From the NCBI GenBank assembly GCA_038231455.1, contig JBBRLI010000002.1, positions 96,001 through 160,000 on the forward strand: 64,000 nt of DNA. The letters are read 5' to 3'. Position 1 is the stretch's first letter. Every line of letters starts with the position of its first letter. The translations under genes were made by a program, and so were the position numbers. Shown piece by piece: positions 1-9,046 of the stretch. Source of the stretch: Vulcanimicrobiales bacterium (GTDB taxonomy: Bacteria > Vulcanimicrobiota > Vulcanimicrobiia > Vulcanimicrobiales > Vulcanimicrobiaceae). The notes below the pieces were generated by a model. The model had not been told where the DNA came from. It did not search any database and saw only the letters and a list, made by a program, of their open reading frames with translations.

Positions 1-1135
1 TTGCGCTCGGGTGTGCTTGCAGTTTCGCATGCGCGAGCGTCGGCGGGTCCGCGGGCGACGTGAGTTCGATCGCCGGGGCGCTCACGGACATCGTAAGGAT
101 TGCGAGAGCCGATCCAAGACCAAGCGTTGCGAGCGCCGGTGCCGAGAGGCGCGGCCGCAAATCGCGACGCGCGTCGAGGAGTTGCTCGATGCGGACCGTG
201 ATTTGTTTGCGCGTCAAGAGAGCCCCGGGCGCGACAATCGCGTGCTCGGGCATGCGCATCTCTTTGGCGAGGCGCCAGAGCGACTCGGCGTACTCTTGCG
301 GGTGGCCCGTTTGTGCGACCACGCAATCATCGGATGCGATCTCGCGTTCCAGTGCGATGCGTTTGCCGACCAGCCAGACGACCGGGTTAAACCAGAAGAG
401 TCGCTCGACCACGCGCTGCGCGAAGTTCGTGTAATCGTCGTAGCGACGGAGATGCGCGTGCTCGTGCATGACGAGCGATTCGATCGCGCCGAGTCCCTCG
501 TGCGTCGCAAGCTCCGTCGGGATCAAGATGACGGGGCGTCCAAATCCAATCGCAACCGGCGTTTCGATTTCGTAGCTCAAGCGCAAATAGATTTCGCGTG
601 CGCGAACATCGGTGAGCCAAGGGAGTTCGCCGGCAAGCGATCCTTCAAGCGGGCTCGACCGGCGTTTCAGACCTTGAACGCGCAGCACGCTTGCGATCAG
701 CATCGCAAAGCCAATCGCGGCCCCGGTCGCCCAGATCACGAGCGCACCGATTGCAATGGACTCCGGGATGGTAATCGTCGGAAGACGAGGCGCCGGTGCG
801 GAGAGCGTCGTCGCTGCTGAAGTGGCGGCAGTCGAGATCGAAGTCGATCCCACGTTCCCGCGATGCGGATGCACCGGCACGGCATCACTCGTCGTGGTCG
901 CGGCTGTGATATAACGGACGTGCGCGAGTGAACTGACGATGCTCGCCACCGGCAAGATGGCGATCGCGAGCAGCGCCAGCGACCACACGGTGTGGCGCGC
1001 AGCCGCGCGCATCGGGAGAAACTTCTCGACGACCAGCCACACGATGCCGGCGAGGAAGGCGCCGACGAGTGCGCTCTCGGCGAGGGCGCGAACGGCAAGG
1101 CGCGGGAGCGCAGCGAGAAGTTCGCTTGGGATCAC
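1..1135 (-). CDS. BlaR1/MecR1-like M56 family metallopeptidase (3' part runs off the window)
   Basis: Read manually because it is absent from the ORF track. GTG at 1135 overlaps the blaI-like stop (GTGA). Hydrophobic N-terminus (IPSELLAALPRLAVRALAESALVGAFLAGIVWL), then LVMHEHAHLRRYDD...LFWFNPVVW...EREIASDD, the M56 HExxH signature, in frame. Confidence 0.9.
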   Translation of the reverse strand, partial: MIPSELLAALPRLAVRALAESALVGAFLAGIVWLVVEKFLPMRAAARHTVWSLALLAIAILPVASIVSSLAHVRYITAATTTSDAVPVHPHRGNVGSTSISTAATSAATTLSAPAPRLPTITIPESIAIGALVIWATGAAIGFAMLIASVLRVQGLKRRSSPLEGSLAGELPWLTDVRAREIYLRLSYEIETPVAIGFGRPVILIPTELATHEGLGAIESLVMHEHAHLRRYDDYTNFAQRVVERLFWFNPVVWLVGKRIALEREIASDDCVVAQTGHPQEYAESLWRLAKEMRMPEHAIVAPGALLTRKQITVRIEQLLDARRDLRPRLSAPALATLGLGSALAILTMSVSAPAIELTSPADPPTLAHAKLQAHPSA

Positions 1136-1515
1136 GGTGCGTTACGCTTCTTGTCGAGCATCGCGCGCAGGTGCGCCAGTTCCGCGTCGTCGACTTCGTC
1201 CGACTCGATCAAGTTGAGCACGAGTTCGCGCGGCGAGTTGTTGAAGAAGCGGGACACGACGTGCGAGACGACACTGCGCTGCGCATCTTCGCGCTCGACG
1301 ATCGCTTTATAAACAAAGGCGCGCCCGATCGCTTTGTGGCGGACGTAGCCCTTTTGTTCGAGGATACGCATGGTCGTGAGCACCGTGTTGTAGGCGAGCG
1401 GCGGATCGCCGAGCGAATCGACGACCTCGGCTACCGTTGCGGTCTCGCGGTTCCAAAGAATATCCATGAGGCGGAATTCCGCCTCGGTAAGCGTCGGCGA
1501 CTTTTTGCGGGCCAT
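1132..1515 (-). CDS. BlaI/MecI/CopY family transcriptional repressor
   Basis: LTEAEFRLMDILW...LAYNTVLTTMRILEQKGYV...GRAFVY. ATG at 1515 lies 6 nt after a TTGACG-N17-TACCGT promoter, so it is probably leaderless. Confidence 0.92.
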   Translation of the reverse strand: MARKKSPTLTEAEFRLMDILWNRETATVAEVVDSLGDPPLAYNTVLTTMRILEQKGYVRHKAIGRAFVYKAIVEREDAQRSVVSHVVSRFFNNSPRELVLNLIESDEVDDAELAHLRAMLDKKRNAP

Positions 1516-1521
1516 ACGGGG

Positions 1522-1565
1522 ACGGTAGCACACGCCTGCCGAGCCGTCAACTAATTCCTTAGGTG
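1522..1565 (-). promoter_or_regulatory. sigma70-type promoter of blaI-like gene with overlapping candidate BlaI operator
   Basis: Minus strand TTGACG (1550-1545), 17 nt, TACCGT (1527-1522). The 18-mer CAACTAATTCCTTAGGTG (1548-1565) overlaps the -35 and recurs exactly at 2436-2453. Confidence 0.7.
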
Positions 1566-1567
1566 TA

Positions 1568-2434
1568 CTACCCATCGACCCGGGCTCCGGTGAGATCGGC
1601 GTGGCCTAGCGTGCGAAGCTCGTCGGCCGTTACCGGGCGGCAGTTGTGATCGTCGTATTCACAGTACCGGACACCGCGCAAATCGGTGCCGGCCAGCTTC
1701 GCGCCGGAGAAGTCCGCACAGTCCGTTTTTCCCGAGACGGTCACGACGCCGTTGTACGAATGCCGGGTTTCCGGGAAGCACACCGACGCGTTCCGCAGTG
1801 AGGCGCCCTCGAGATGCGCGTTTCGAAAGCTTACACCCAGGAGCGACGCGTCGCTGAGGTCGGCATTGCGCGCGTCGGTATCGTCCATATCCGCGCCGAC
1901 GAGGTGCGCGCGTAAAAACTTCGTGCGTTGCAAGTCGTCGCCGCGGAGATTCGCGCCGATGAGGCGCACGTCGCTAAGGTCAAGGTCGCGGAGATTCGTC
2001 GCACGGAGATCGCAGCCGGTGCAGGAACGGAAAAGCAGCTTTGCATTCCGCATCGATTCGAGCGTTTGATTCGTGATGCGGATGCCCACCAGTTTGACAT
2101 CGGTCAGGGTCGCATTGGCGAAGCTCACGCCATCGAGCGATGTGCCGGTGAATGTGGCGCCGGTCAAGTCGGCTCCGTCGAGCTTCGCGCCGCGCAAATG
2201 GCAGCCCACGAAGTGGGCGCCGCGAAGATTCGCACCGCGTAAATCCGTGCCGTCGAGATTTGCCCCGACGAGCGTAATCTCGTGCAGGTCGCGGCCGTGC
2301 AAGTCGACCTCGCCGAGGTTACAGCCGGTGCACCGCGAGAGCAGTGCGCGCGAGGTATCCTCGGCGCGGACAGTCGTCCCGGCGGCGAGATTCAGGGCCA
2401 CGATCGAGAGGGCAACGATAACGAAGCGTTTCAT
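1568..2434 (-). CDS. secreted pentapeptide-repeat protein
   Basis: Signal peptide MKRFVIVALSIVALNLAAG...VRA, tandem A(D/N)Lxx repeats (GANLDGTDLRGANLRGA), two CTGC-capped repeat blocks. Confidence 0.88.
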   Translation of the reverse strand: MKRFVIVALSIVALNLAAGTTVRAEDTSRALLSRCTGCNLGEVDLHGRDLHEITLVGANLDGTDLRGANLRGAHFVGCHLRGAKLDGADLTGATFTGTSLDGVSFANATLTDVKLVGIRITNQTLESMRNAKLLFRSCTGCDLRATNLRDLDLSDVRLIGANLRGDDLQRTKFLRAHLVGADMDDTDARNADLSDASLLGVSFRNAHLEGASLRNASVCFPETRHSYNGVVTVSGKTDCADFSGAKLAGTDLRGVRYCEYDDHNCRPVTADELRTLGHADLTGARVDG

Positions 2435-2435
2435 G

Positions 2436-2511
2436 CAACTAATTCCTTAGGTGAGCGTGGATCGACCCTACCACGGCGCCTCACGACTGTCAACTATAAG
2501 CTTAAGAGTTG
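2436..2511 (-). promoter_or_regulatory. sigma70 promoter of pentapeptide gene flanked by two candidate BlaI operators
   Basis: Minus strand TTGACA (2493-2488), 17 nt, TAGGGT (2470-2465). Boxes CAACTAATTCCTTAGGTG (2436-2453) and CAACTATAAGCTTAAGAGTTG (2491-2511). Confidence 0.7.
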
Positions 2512-2546
2512 GGAAAGAAATCTTCACAGGGGGCGAAACCGACCGC

Positions 2547-4208
2547 ATGCAGAGCTACGTTCACGGCGCGAGCCCCGTTCCGCTCATCGGTGCGACGATC
2601 GGCAGCTATTTCGATGCAATCGCGAAGCGTTTCCCGGAAATCGATGCCGTGGTATCGGTGCACCAGGGCCTACGCATGACGTACGCTCAGCTCCGGGATG
2701 CAACCGATCTTTTTGCCCGCGGCCTCATGGCGCTCGGTGTCCGGCACGGCGACCGCGTCGGCATCTGGTCGACGAACTCGCTCGAATGGGTGATCGCGCA
2801 GTATGCGACACCGAAAATCGGCGCGATCCTCGTCAACGTCAACCCCGCGTATCGCACCTCCGAATTGCAGTATGCGCTCGCGCAAAGCGGCGTAAGCGTT
2901 TTGCTCGCGCAGATCTCTTATAAGACGAGCGCGTATTTGGCGATGATCGCCGAGGTGCGTGCGGATCTGCCGGAGCTTCGAGAAATCGTAGCGATCGGTG
3001 ATGAATCCATCGACGCGCTCCCCGGGGCGGTGCGGTGGAACGACGTCAACGCGCGCGCTGTTGAAATCGCGCCACAAGCGCTCGCCGAGCGTCTTGCCGC
3101 AACCGAGTTCGACGAGCCGATCAACATTCAGTACACCTCGGGGACCACGGGATTTCCCAAAGGCGCGACCCTCTCGCATCACAACATCCTCAACAACGGA
3201 TTCTTCATCGGCGAGGGCTGCGGATATACAGAGCGCGATCGCGTCTGCATTCCGGTGCCGTTCTATCACTGCTTTGGCATGGTGCTTGGCAACATGGCCT
3301 GTATCACGCACGGTGCGACGATGGTGATTCCGAGCGGCACGTTCGATCCGGCGCTCGCGCTCGATGCCGTGCAGAAAGAGCGTTGCACGTCGCTCTATGG
3401 CGTCCCGACGATGTTCATCGCGGAACTCGCGCTGCCCAATTTTCACGCATACAAGCTCGATACGCTGCGGACGGGAATCATGGCGGGTTCGCCCTGCCCC
3501 GTTGAGGTCATGAAGCGCGTGCAGACCGAGATGCATATGCCCGAAGTCACGATCTGCTATGGCATGACCGAGACATCGCCGGTCTCGTTCCAAACCGGCA
3601 AGAGCGATTCCCTCGAGAAGCAAACGACGACCGTCGGCAAAGTTCATCCGCACTTGGAGTGCAAGATCGTCGACGAAGGGGGCAAGATCGTCCCGGTAGG
3701 GACGCCCGGAGAATTATGCACGCGCGGCTACAGCGTGATGCTCGGCTACTGGAACGACCAGCAGAACACGGCTGCTTGCATCGATGCCGCGCGATACATG
3801 CATACCGGCGATATCGCGATCATGGACGACGAAGGGTATGTCAATATTAGCGGCCGCATCAAGGACATGGTGATTCGCGGCGGCGAGAACATCTATCCGC
3901 GCGAAATCGAAGAGTTTCTCTATTCGTGCGTGGGCGTCAAAGACGTTTCTGTCATCGGCGTGCCCGATGAAAAGTACGGCGAGCAACTGTGCGCCTGGGT
4001 GATCCGGACGCCCGATGCAACGATCGACGCCGATGCGATTCAAGCGCACTGTCGTGGAAAAATCGCGCACTACAAGATTCCCCACTACATCCTCTTTGTC
4101 GATGAATTTCCGATGACGGTCTCGGGGAAAGTCCAAAAGTACAAAATGCGCGAGGCCTCGATCGCGACACTGGGACTCGAACGTGCCGCCAGCGTCGTCA
4201 CGGCCTAA
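2547..4208 (+). CDS. AMP-binding acyl-CoA synthetase (ACSF2-like)
   Basis: YTSGTTGFPKG, YGMTETSP, HTGD, GRIKDMVIRGGENIYPREIEE, and terminal SGKVQK. Start moved to the ATG at 2547. Confidence 0.92.
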   Translation: MQSYVHGASPVPLIGATIGSYFDAIAKRFPEIDAVVSVHQGLRMTYAQLRDATDLFARGLMALGVRHGDRVGIWSTNSLEWVIAQYATPKIGAILVNVNPAYRTSELQYALAQSGVSVLLAQISYKTSAYLAMIAEVRADLPELREIVAIGDESIDALPGAVRWNDVNARAVEIAPQALAERLAATEFDEPINIQYTSGTTGFPKGATLSHHNILNNGFFIGEGCGYTERDRVCIPVPFYHCFGMVLGNMACITHGATMVIPSGTFDPALALDAVQKERCTSLYGVPTMFIAELALPNFHAYKLDTLRTGIMAGSPCPVEVMKRVQTEMHMPEVTICYGMTETSPVSFQTGKSDSLEKQTTTVGKVHPHLECKIVDEGGKIVPVGTPGELCTRGYSVMLGYWNDQQNTAACIDAARYMHTGDIAIMDDEGYVNISGRIKDMVIRGGENIYPREIEEFLYSCVGVKDVSVIGVPDEKYGEQLCAWVIRTPDATIDADAIQAHCRGKIAHYKIPHYILFVDEFPMTVSGKVQKYKMREASIATLGLERAASVVTA

Positions 4209-4209
4209 C

Positions 4210-5181
4210 GTGCGTGCGCTCCTCATCCTCGCACTCATGCTTGCGTGCGCAAGTAGCGCACGCGCGCAAGCGGTGCCCGCTGGCCGACCCGAACTCGCAA
4301 AGATCGGCGCGTCAGAATACACACTCCCCGAAGACTCATTTCTAAAGAGTTATTTCCTCTTCGCGGGGCGCGATGCCGCGCTCGCGCCGACCGTCGTCGG
4401 CGTCGGGCCGAGCTTTCTCTTCGTCAGTCACGCGGGACACGCTGCGGAAACGATCGACCCGGATCGTGCGTTCCGCCCCGTAGCGCAGGCGATCGGCGGT
4501 GACGGGGCGCTTTGGTTTGCAGAGCGGGACGGCACCGCAACGCGCGTCGATTCGAGCGGATTCTTTTCTTCGGTCGCGCTCGCCTCACCGGCACTTGCGA
4601 TTGCGGGCGACGGCGCGCACACGGACGTGCTCGAATCAGACGCTGTCGAGTCTTTCGATGCGCTGGGTGTTCGGCACCGAATTTCGCTCGGGCGTAAGAT
4701 CGCGCGCGGTTCGATTCGGGCTCTCCCAAACGAAATTGTCATTGCGGCGGATGGGATCGCCGGCATTATTCGCATCGACCGCGCCGACCGCGTCGAAATT
4801 CTCAAACTCGAGGACGACTTCCGTCCGGGCGCGCTGCAAGTCGTCGGCAACACGGTTTGGTTTGCGCTCGAGATCGGTGGTACGACCTCGACGCGCCGCG
4901 TCGGTCGCGTGCACGACCGCGTCATTCAGACCATCGACGTACCGACGTTCGCACCAATCCATTCCATCGGCGCGGGCGCGGACAACCGCTTCTTCGTGAT
5001 CGAGTCGTTCGACGTCTACGGCGTGGTAAGCAACGACGGCCAGTTGGTTTGCGAGCGTTCGATCGGCCAAGGATTCCCCCCGCTCGTCATCTCGCAGATG
5101 TTCGTTGATGCGCGGGATTCGACGTACGTAACGACGAGCCGCGTTCCGGGATTTTACAAGGTAACCGACGCCTGCCGTTAA
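4210..5181 (+). CDS. secreted hypothetical protein, possibly beta-propeller
   Basis: GTG right after the upstream stop, signal peptide (RALLILALMLACASSARA), beta-rich repeats such as GGDGALWFAE and GNTVWFAL. Confidence 0.6.
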   Translation: MRALLILALMLACASSARAQAVPAGRPELAKIGASEYTLPEDSFLKSYFLFAGRDAALAPTVVGVGPSFLFVSHAGHAAETIDPDRAFRPVAQAIGGDGALWFAERDGTATRVDSSGFFSSVALASPALAIAGDGAHTDVLESDAVESFDALGVRHRISLGRKIARGSIRALPNEIVIAADGIAGIIRIDRADRVEILKLEDDFRPGALQVVGNTVWFALEIGGTTSTRRVGRVHDRVIQTIDVPTFAPIHSIGAGADNRFFVIESFDVYGVVSNDGQLVCERSIGQGFPPLVISQMFVDARDSTYVTTSRVPGFYKVTDACR

Positions 5182-6680
5182 GCGGGCTCGGGAACAAAAG
5201 CCGCGGCGACGAAGCGTCGCTGCACTTTGCCGGTGGCGGTCTTGGGAATCGCATCGGTCACGTGCATGACGGTCGGGACTTTGAACGATGAGAGCTTCGT
5301 TGCAACGTGCGCGCGCACGTCATCCACACTGACGCCCGGCTTGAGGACGACGGCGGCCGCGACGACCTCGCCGTACTTTTCATCGGGCATCCCAAACGCC
5401 ACGGCTTCGATCACGCCGTCGTGCGAGAGCAGTGCCTCGTCCACTTCGACCGGAGAGATTTTCTCGCCGCCGCGATTGATCAACTCTTTGAGTCGCCCGA
5501 CGAGCGTGAGGTAGCCGTGCTCGTCGAGAATCCCGTAGTCGCCGGTGCGAAACCAGCCGTTCGTAAACGACGCGGCGTTCGCGGCGTCGTTGTTGTGATA
5601 ACCGCTCGTTACGTTCGCGCCCCGGACGGCGACTTCACCAACTTCACCTGGTTCGCGTTCGCTACCGTGTTCGTCGAGGATCGTCACGGCGACGAACGCG
5701 CCGACGCCGACCGAGCCCGCGCGTCGCTCGCCGCGCAGCGGGTTCGCGCACATCTGATGGGCGGCTTCGGTCATCGAATACGCTTCGATCACGGGCACGC
5801 CGAAGCGGGCTTCGAGACGATGCATTTCGAGGGCCGGCAGCGCCGCGCTGCTTGAGCGGAAGAAGCGGACCGTGTGTTCGCCGCCGTGCGGCGCGCGATC
5901 GTCGTCGGCACGCAAGAGTAGCGTGCGATAGATCGTCGGAACGGCGCTCACGACGGAAACGCCGAATTCGGCGACCGTCGGCCAGAAGGCACTTGCAGAG
6001 AACTTCTCGGGAATGACGACACTTGCATGTGCGCCGAGCGTCGCGAGTGTTGAGAAGACGAGGCCGTGAACGTGAAAGAGCGGCATCACGCAGAGCGAGA
6101 TGTCGCTCGGACCCAGCTCGTACCATTTGCCGATGTTGAGCGCGGATGTGGTAAGATTGCGATGCGAGAGCGGGACGCCTTTGGGCCGGCTCGTCGTGCC
6201 ACTCGTGTGCAGAAAGAGAGCGATGTCGCTCTCGTTCACCGTATCGCTCGCCGCGGCCGCGGCAAGTGACTTTCCATCAACGAGCGCGAGGCCGTTGTCG
6301 TCGAGTGAGAAGTCGGCAACGCGAATGCCAAGCGAAATCGCCGCCGTGCGCGCGGCCGGAACCGTTCCCGGCGCGAGCAGCACGAGCTTGGGTGCGATGT
6401 CCTCAAGATAGAAGCGAAACTCATCTTCGGTGTATGCCGCGTTGAGCGGCGCGAACGTCGCACGTGCGGCGGCGACGCCGAAGAACGCGTGCACGATCGG
6501 AGCACCGTTGGCAAACGACGCTGCAACGCGATCGCCTGGGGCGATCCCGCGGTCGGCCAGTGCCGCGGCAAGTCGTGCCGCGCTTGCGCGCAGCGTTGCA
6601 TAGCTATGTGCGGCACCTTCGGGCGTGAGGATCGCGACCTTTTCTGCCGGCGCGTTCGCCAGTAATCCCTCAAGTGTCAT
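5178..6680 (-). CDS. acyl-CoA synthetase, probable oxalate-CoA ligase (AAE3/Oxs-like)
   Basis: LHTSGTTSRPKGVPL, MPLFHVHGL, RSSSAAL, EAYSMTEAAHQM, PKTATGKVQRR motifs resemble AAE3/Pcs60-type oxalyl-CoA synthetases. Directly downstream of oxlT-like gene. Confidence 0.8.
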   Translation of the reverse strand: MTLEGLLANAPAEKVAILTPEGAAHSYATLRASAARLAAALADRGIAPGDRVAASFANGAPIVHAFFGVAAARATFAPLNAAYTEDEFRFYLEDIAPKLVLLAPGTVPAARTAAISLGIRVADFSLDDNGLALVDGKSLAAAAASDTVNESDIALFLHTSGTTSRPKGVPLSHRNLTTSALNIGKWYELGPSDISLCVMPLFHVHGLVFSTLATLGAHASVVIPEKFSASAFWPTVAEFGVSVVSAVPTIYRTLLLRADDDRAPHGGEHTVRFFRSSSAALPALEMHRLEARFGVPVIEAYSMTEAAHQMCANPLRGERRAGSVGVGAFVAVTILDEHGSEREPGEVGEVAVRGANVTSGYHNNDAANAASFTNGWFRTGDYGILDEHGYLTLVGRLKELINRGGEKISPVEVDEALLSHDGVIEAVAFGMPDEKYGEVVAAAVVLKPGVSVDDVRAHVATKLSSFKVPTVMHVTDAIPKTATGKVQRRFVAAAFVPEPA

Positions 6681-6681
6681 A

Positions 6682-7983
6682 TCAGGCAAGTGCCTCTCTT
6701 GTTGGTACACCGGAGCCGAATTCGCCGCGCGCGGTCTCGGTTTCTTCCCGTTCCCGTTGCTGCGCGCGCTCGCGAAGAGGTTTGAGCGCCACGAGCGCTA
6801 GGATGGCGGTGATGAAATTGAAGATCATCACGACGACAAAGATTGCGACCCAGCTTCCGGTTGCCGCGGTGATGATCGAACCAATCGGAACGACGAACGA
6901 TGCCACGCCTTTGCCCGTATAGAGCAGACCGTAATTGGTTGTGGCATAGGTGCGCCCGTACAGATCGCCGGAGGTCGCGGGAAAGAGGCTGTAGATTTCG
7001 CCGGCGGTGAAGAACATGAAACCGGTAAGCAAGACGAACACGAGCGGATTCTTCGCGAAGAGCAGCATTGCACCGATCGCCGTCCCTTGCAGAACGAACG
7101 CGATAAACATCGTTTGCTCGCGTCCGATGCGATCGGAGAGCGCACCGAAGGCCGGGCGGCTCAGACCATTGAGGATGCGGTCGAGCGTCAGCGCGAACGG
7201 CAACGCTGCAAGCGTGATTCCTGCGATGGACACCGGTGTTTTCGCAATCCCAAAGTCGGTTGCGAGGACGCCGAGTTGCGCGGTTACGAGCAAGCCGCCC
7301 GTCGCGACCATCACGAGCATTGCGTAGAGTAGATAGAACGAAGGTGTGCGCAACATTTGCCTTGGCGTGAAGTTGCGCATCGTTGCCCGTGCGCTGGGCG
7401 CTCGGTCTTCGCTCGCGCCGGGTTTGACGAGCAGCAGCGCGACGGCGATAACAATCGCGCCTTGGATCCAGCCGAAGGTGGTAAACGTCGCGCGGTAACC
7501 CGAACTTGCAATCATGTTCGCAATCGGAACGACTGTGAGCGCTGCTCCGGCGCCAAATCCGGCGGCAGTCAATCCGGCGGCGAGCCCGCGCCGGTCGGGG
7601 AACCACTTAATGGCATTCCCGACGGCCGTCCCGTAGACGATCCCCGCGCCCACACCGCCGACGACGGCGCCGGCGTAGAGCATGGGAAGCGACGTTGCGG
7701 CGCCGTCGACTAGCCAAGCGGCGCCGACGAGCACCCCGCCAATCGCGACCATCGGGCGCGGCCCGATCCGATCGATGAGATACCCCTCGACCGGCACGAG
7801 GAACGTCTCCGTTAGAACGAAGAGCGTAAAGGCCCACTGGATTGCTGCCTTGCCCCAGTGATTTGCTTCCACCATCGGAGGGACGAACTGAGCCCAGCCG
7901 TACTGCAGGTTGGCGATCATTATCATCGCCACGATTCCAAGACTAAGTTGGAGCCACCGATTGCGCACGAAACCCACTTTCAC
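6682..7983 (-). CDS. oxlT: oxalate/formate antiporter family MFS transporter
   Basis: About 12 TM helices; MIANLQYGW, KWFPDRRGLAAG, NGLSRP, GEIYSLFPA, NYGLLYTGKG motifs of the OFA family. Start codon uncertain (GTG 7983 chosen). Confidence 0.85.
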   Translation of the reverse strand: MKVGFVRNRWLQLSLGIVAMIMIANLQYGWAQFVPPMVEANHWGKAAIQWAFTLFVLTETFLVPVEGYLIDRIGPRPMVAIGGVLVGAAWLVDGAATSLPMLYAGAVVGGVGAGIVYGTAVGNAIKWFPDRRGLAAGLTAAGFGAGAALTVVPIANMIASSGYRATFTTFGWIQGAIVIAVALLLVKPGASEDRAPSARATMRNFTPRQMLRTPSFYLLYAMLVMVATGGLLVTAQLGVLATDFGIAKTPVSIAGITLAALPFALTLDRILNGLSRPAFGALSDRIGREQTMFIAFVLQGTAIGAMLLFAKNPLVFVLLTGFMFFTAGEIYSLFPATSGDLYGRTYATTNYGLLYTGKGVASFVVPIGSIITAATGSWVAIFVVVMIFNFITAILALVALKPLRERAQQREREETETARGEFGSGVPTREALA

Positions 7984-8065
7984 AAGACGTCGAGTGATAC
8001 GAAATTTATCTCTGCGCCCGCAGTACGCGGTCGACGTCCTCAAACCATCCAAGGGAGACCGCTAA

Positions 8066-9046
8066 GTGGGCCAATCGTATGCGGTCATCGGCGCCGGCGC
8101 GATCGGGGGGTACGTTGGCGCGGCGCTAGCGCGCGGTGGGGCGGAGGTCACCCTCGTCGCGCGGGGCGGCCATTTGAAGGCGATGCAGTCGAACGGCGTG
8201 CGTATCACAAGCGAGCGCGGCGATTTCACGGCGCGTCCGCGGGCCGTTGGAACGATCGCGGAAGCGGGCGCAGTCGACGTCGTCATTCTGGCGCTCAAAG
8301 CGCAACAGATTGCGGCGATCGCAAGCGAGCTGCACGCGCTCAATCACGAGCGCACCGCGATCGTGGCGATGCAGAACGGCATCCCCTGGTGGTATTTCCA
8401 GCGCAACGGCGGACCGTACGACGGACGCACGGTGGAATCCGTCGATCCCGGCGGCGTCCTCGCACGCACGATCGATCCGGCGCGCGTCCTCGGCTGCGTC
8501 ATCTACTCATCGACCGAAATCGTCGAGCCGGGGGTGATCCGGCACTTAGAGGGGACGCGGTATTCGCTCGGTGAGCCCGACCGCACGCTGAGCGCGCGCG
8601 CTGCGTCGATCGCAGCGGACTTCGTGGCCGGCGGTCTCAAAGCACCGGTCGAACCGGATATTCGCAAGGATATTTGGGTGAAACTGCTCGGAAACGCGGC
8701 GTTCAATCCGATCTCGGCGCTCACGCGCGCAACGCTCGTCGCGATGGCCGAAGATCCCGCCGTGCACGCGCTCGTTGCGGAGATGATGGCAGAGTGCGTT
8801 GCAATCGCCGGGCGGTTGGGTTCGCCCGTCGACATCGCGATCGAAAAACGCATCGATGGCGCACGGCGTGTCGGCGAGCATAAGACCTCGATGTTACAAG
8901 ATCTCGAAGCGCGCAAAGCCTTCGAACTCGACGCGCTCGTCGGCGCGGTCGTCGAGCTCGGCGCCCTCGTCGGCGTTCCGACGCCGGCGACCTCGCACGT
9001 GTACGCGCTCGCGCATCTACTCGACCGCACGAATCGTGCCGGATGA
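8066..9046 (+). CDS. ketopantoate reductase family protein (ApbA/PanE), candidate oxalyl-CoA reductase PanE2
   Basis: GAGAIGG Rossmann motif, MQNGIPWWYF, WVKLLGN, HKTSMLQD. Divergent from oxlT. Confidence 0.85.
   Translation: MGQSYAVIGAGAIGGYVGAALARGGAEVTLVARGGHLKAMQSNGVRITSERGDFTARPRAVGTIAEAGAVDVVILALKAQQIAAIASELHALNHERTAIVAMQNGIPWWYFQRNGGPYDGRTVESVDPGGVLARTIDPARVLGCVIYSSTEIVEPGVIRHLEGTRYSLGEPDRTLSARAASIAADFVAGGLKAPVEPDIRKDIWVKLLGNAAFNPISALTRATLVAMAEDPAVHALVAEMMAECVAIAGRLGSPVDIAIEKRIDGARRVGEHKTSMLQDLEARKAFELDALVGAVVELGALVGVPTPATSHVYALAHLLDRTNRAG

Noticed and set aside
11-820. 269-aa plus-strand ORF, and the many similar Arg-rich overlapping ORFs across the track
   Set aside because: These are shadow frames of GC-rich genes. 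Here the real gene is the minus-strand M56 peptidase, which the track omits because its stop is outside the window.
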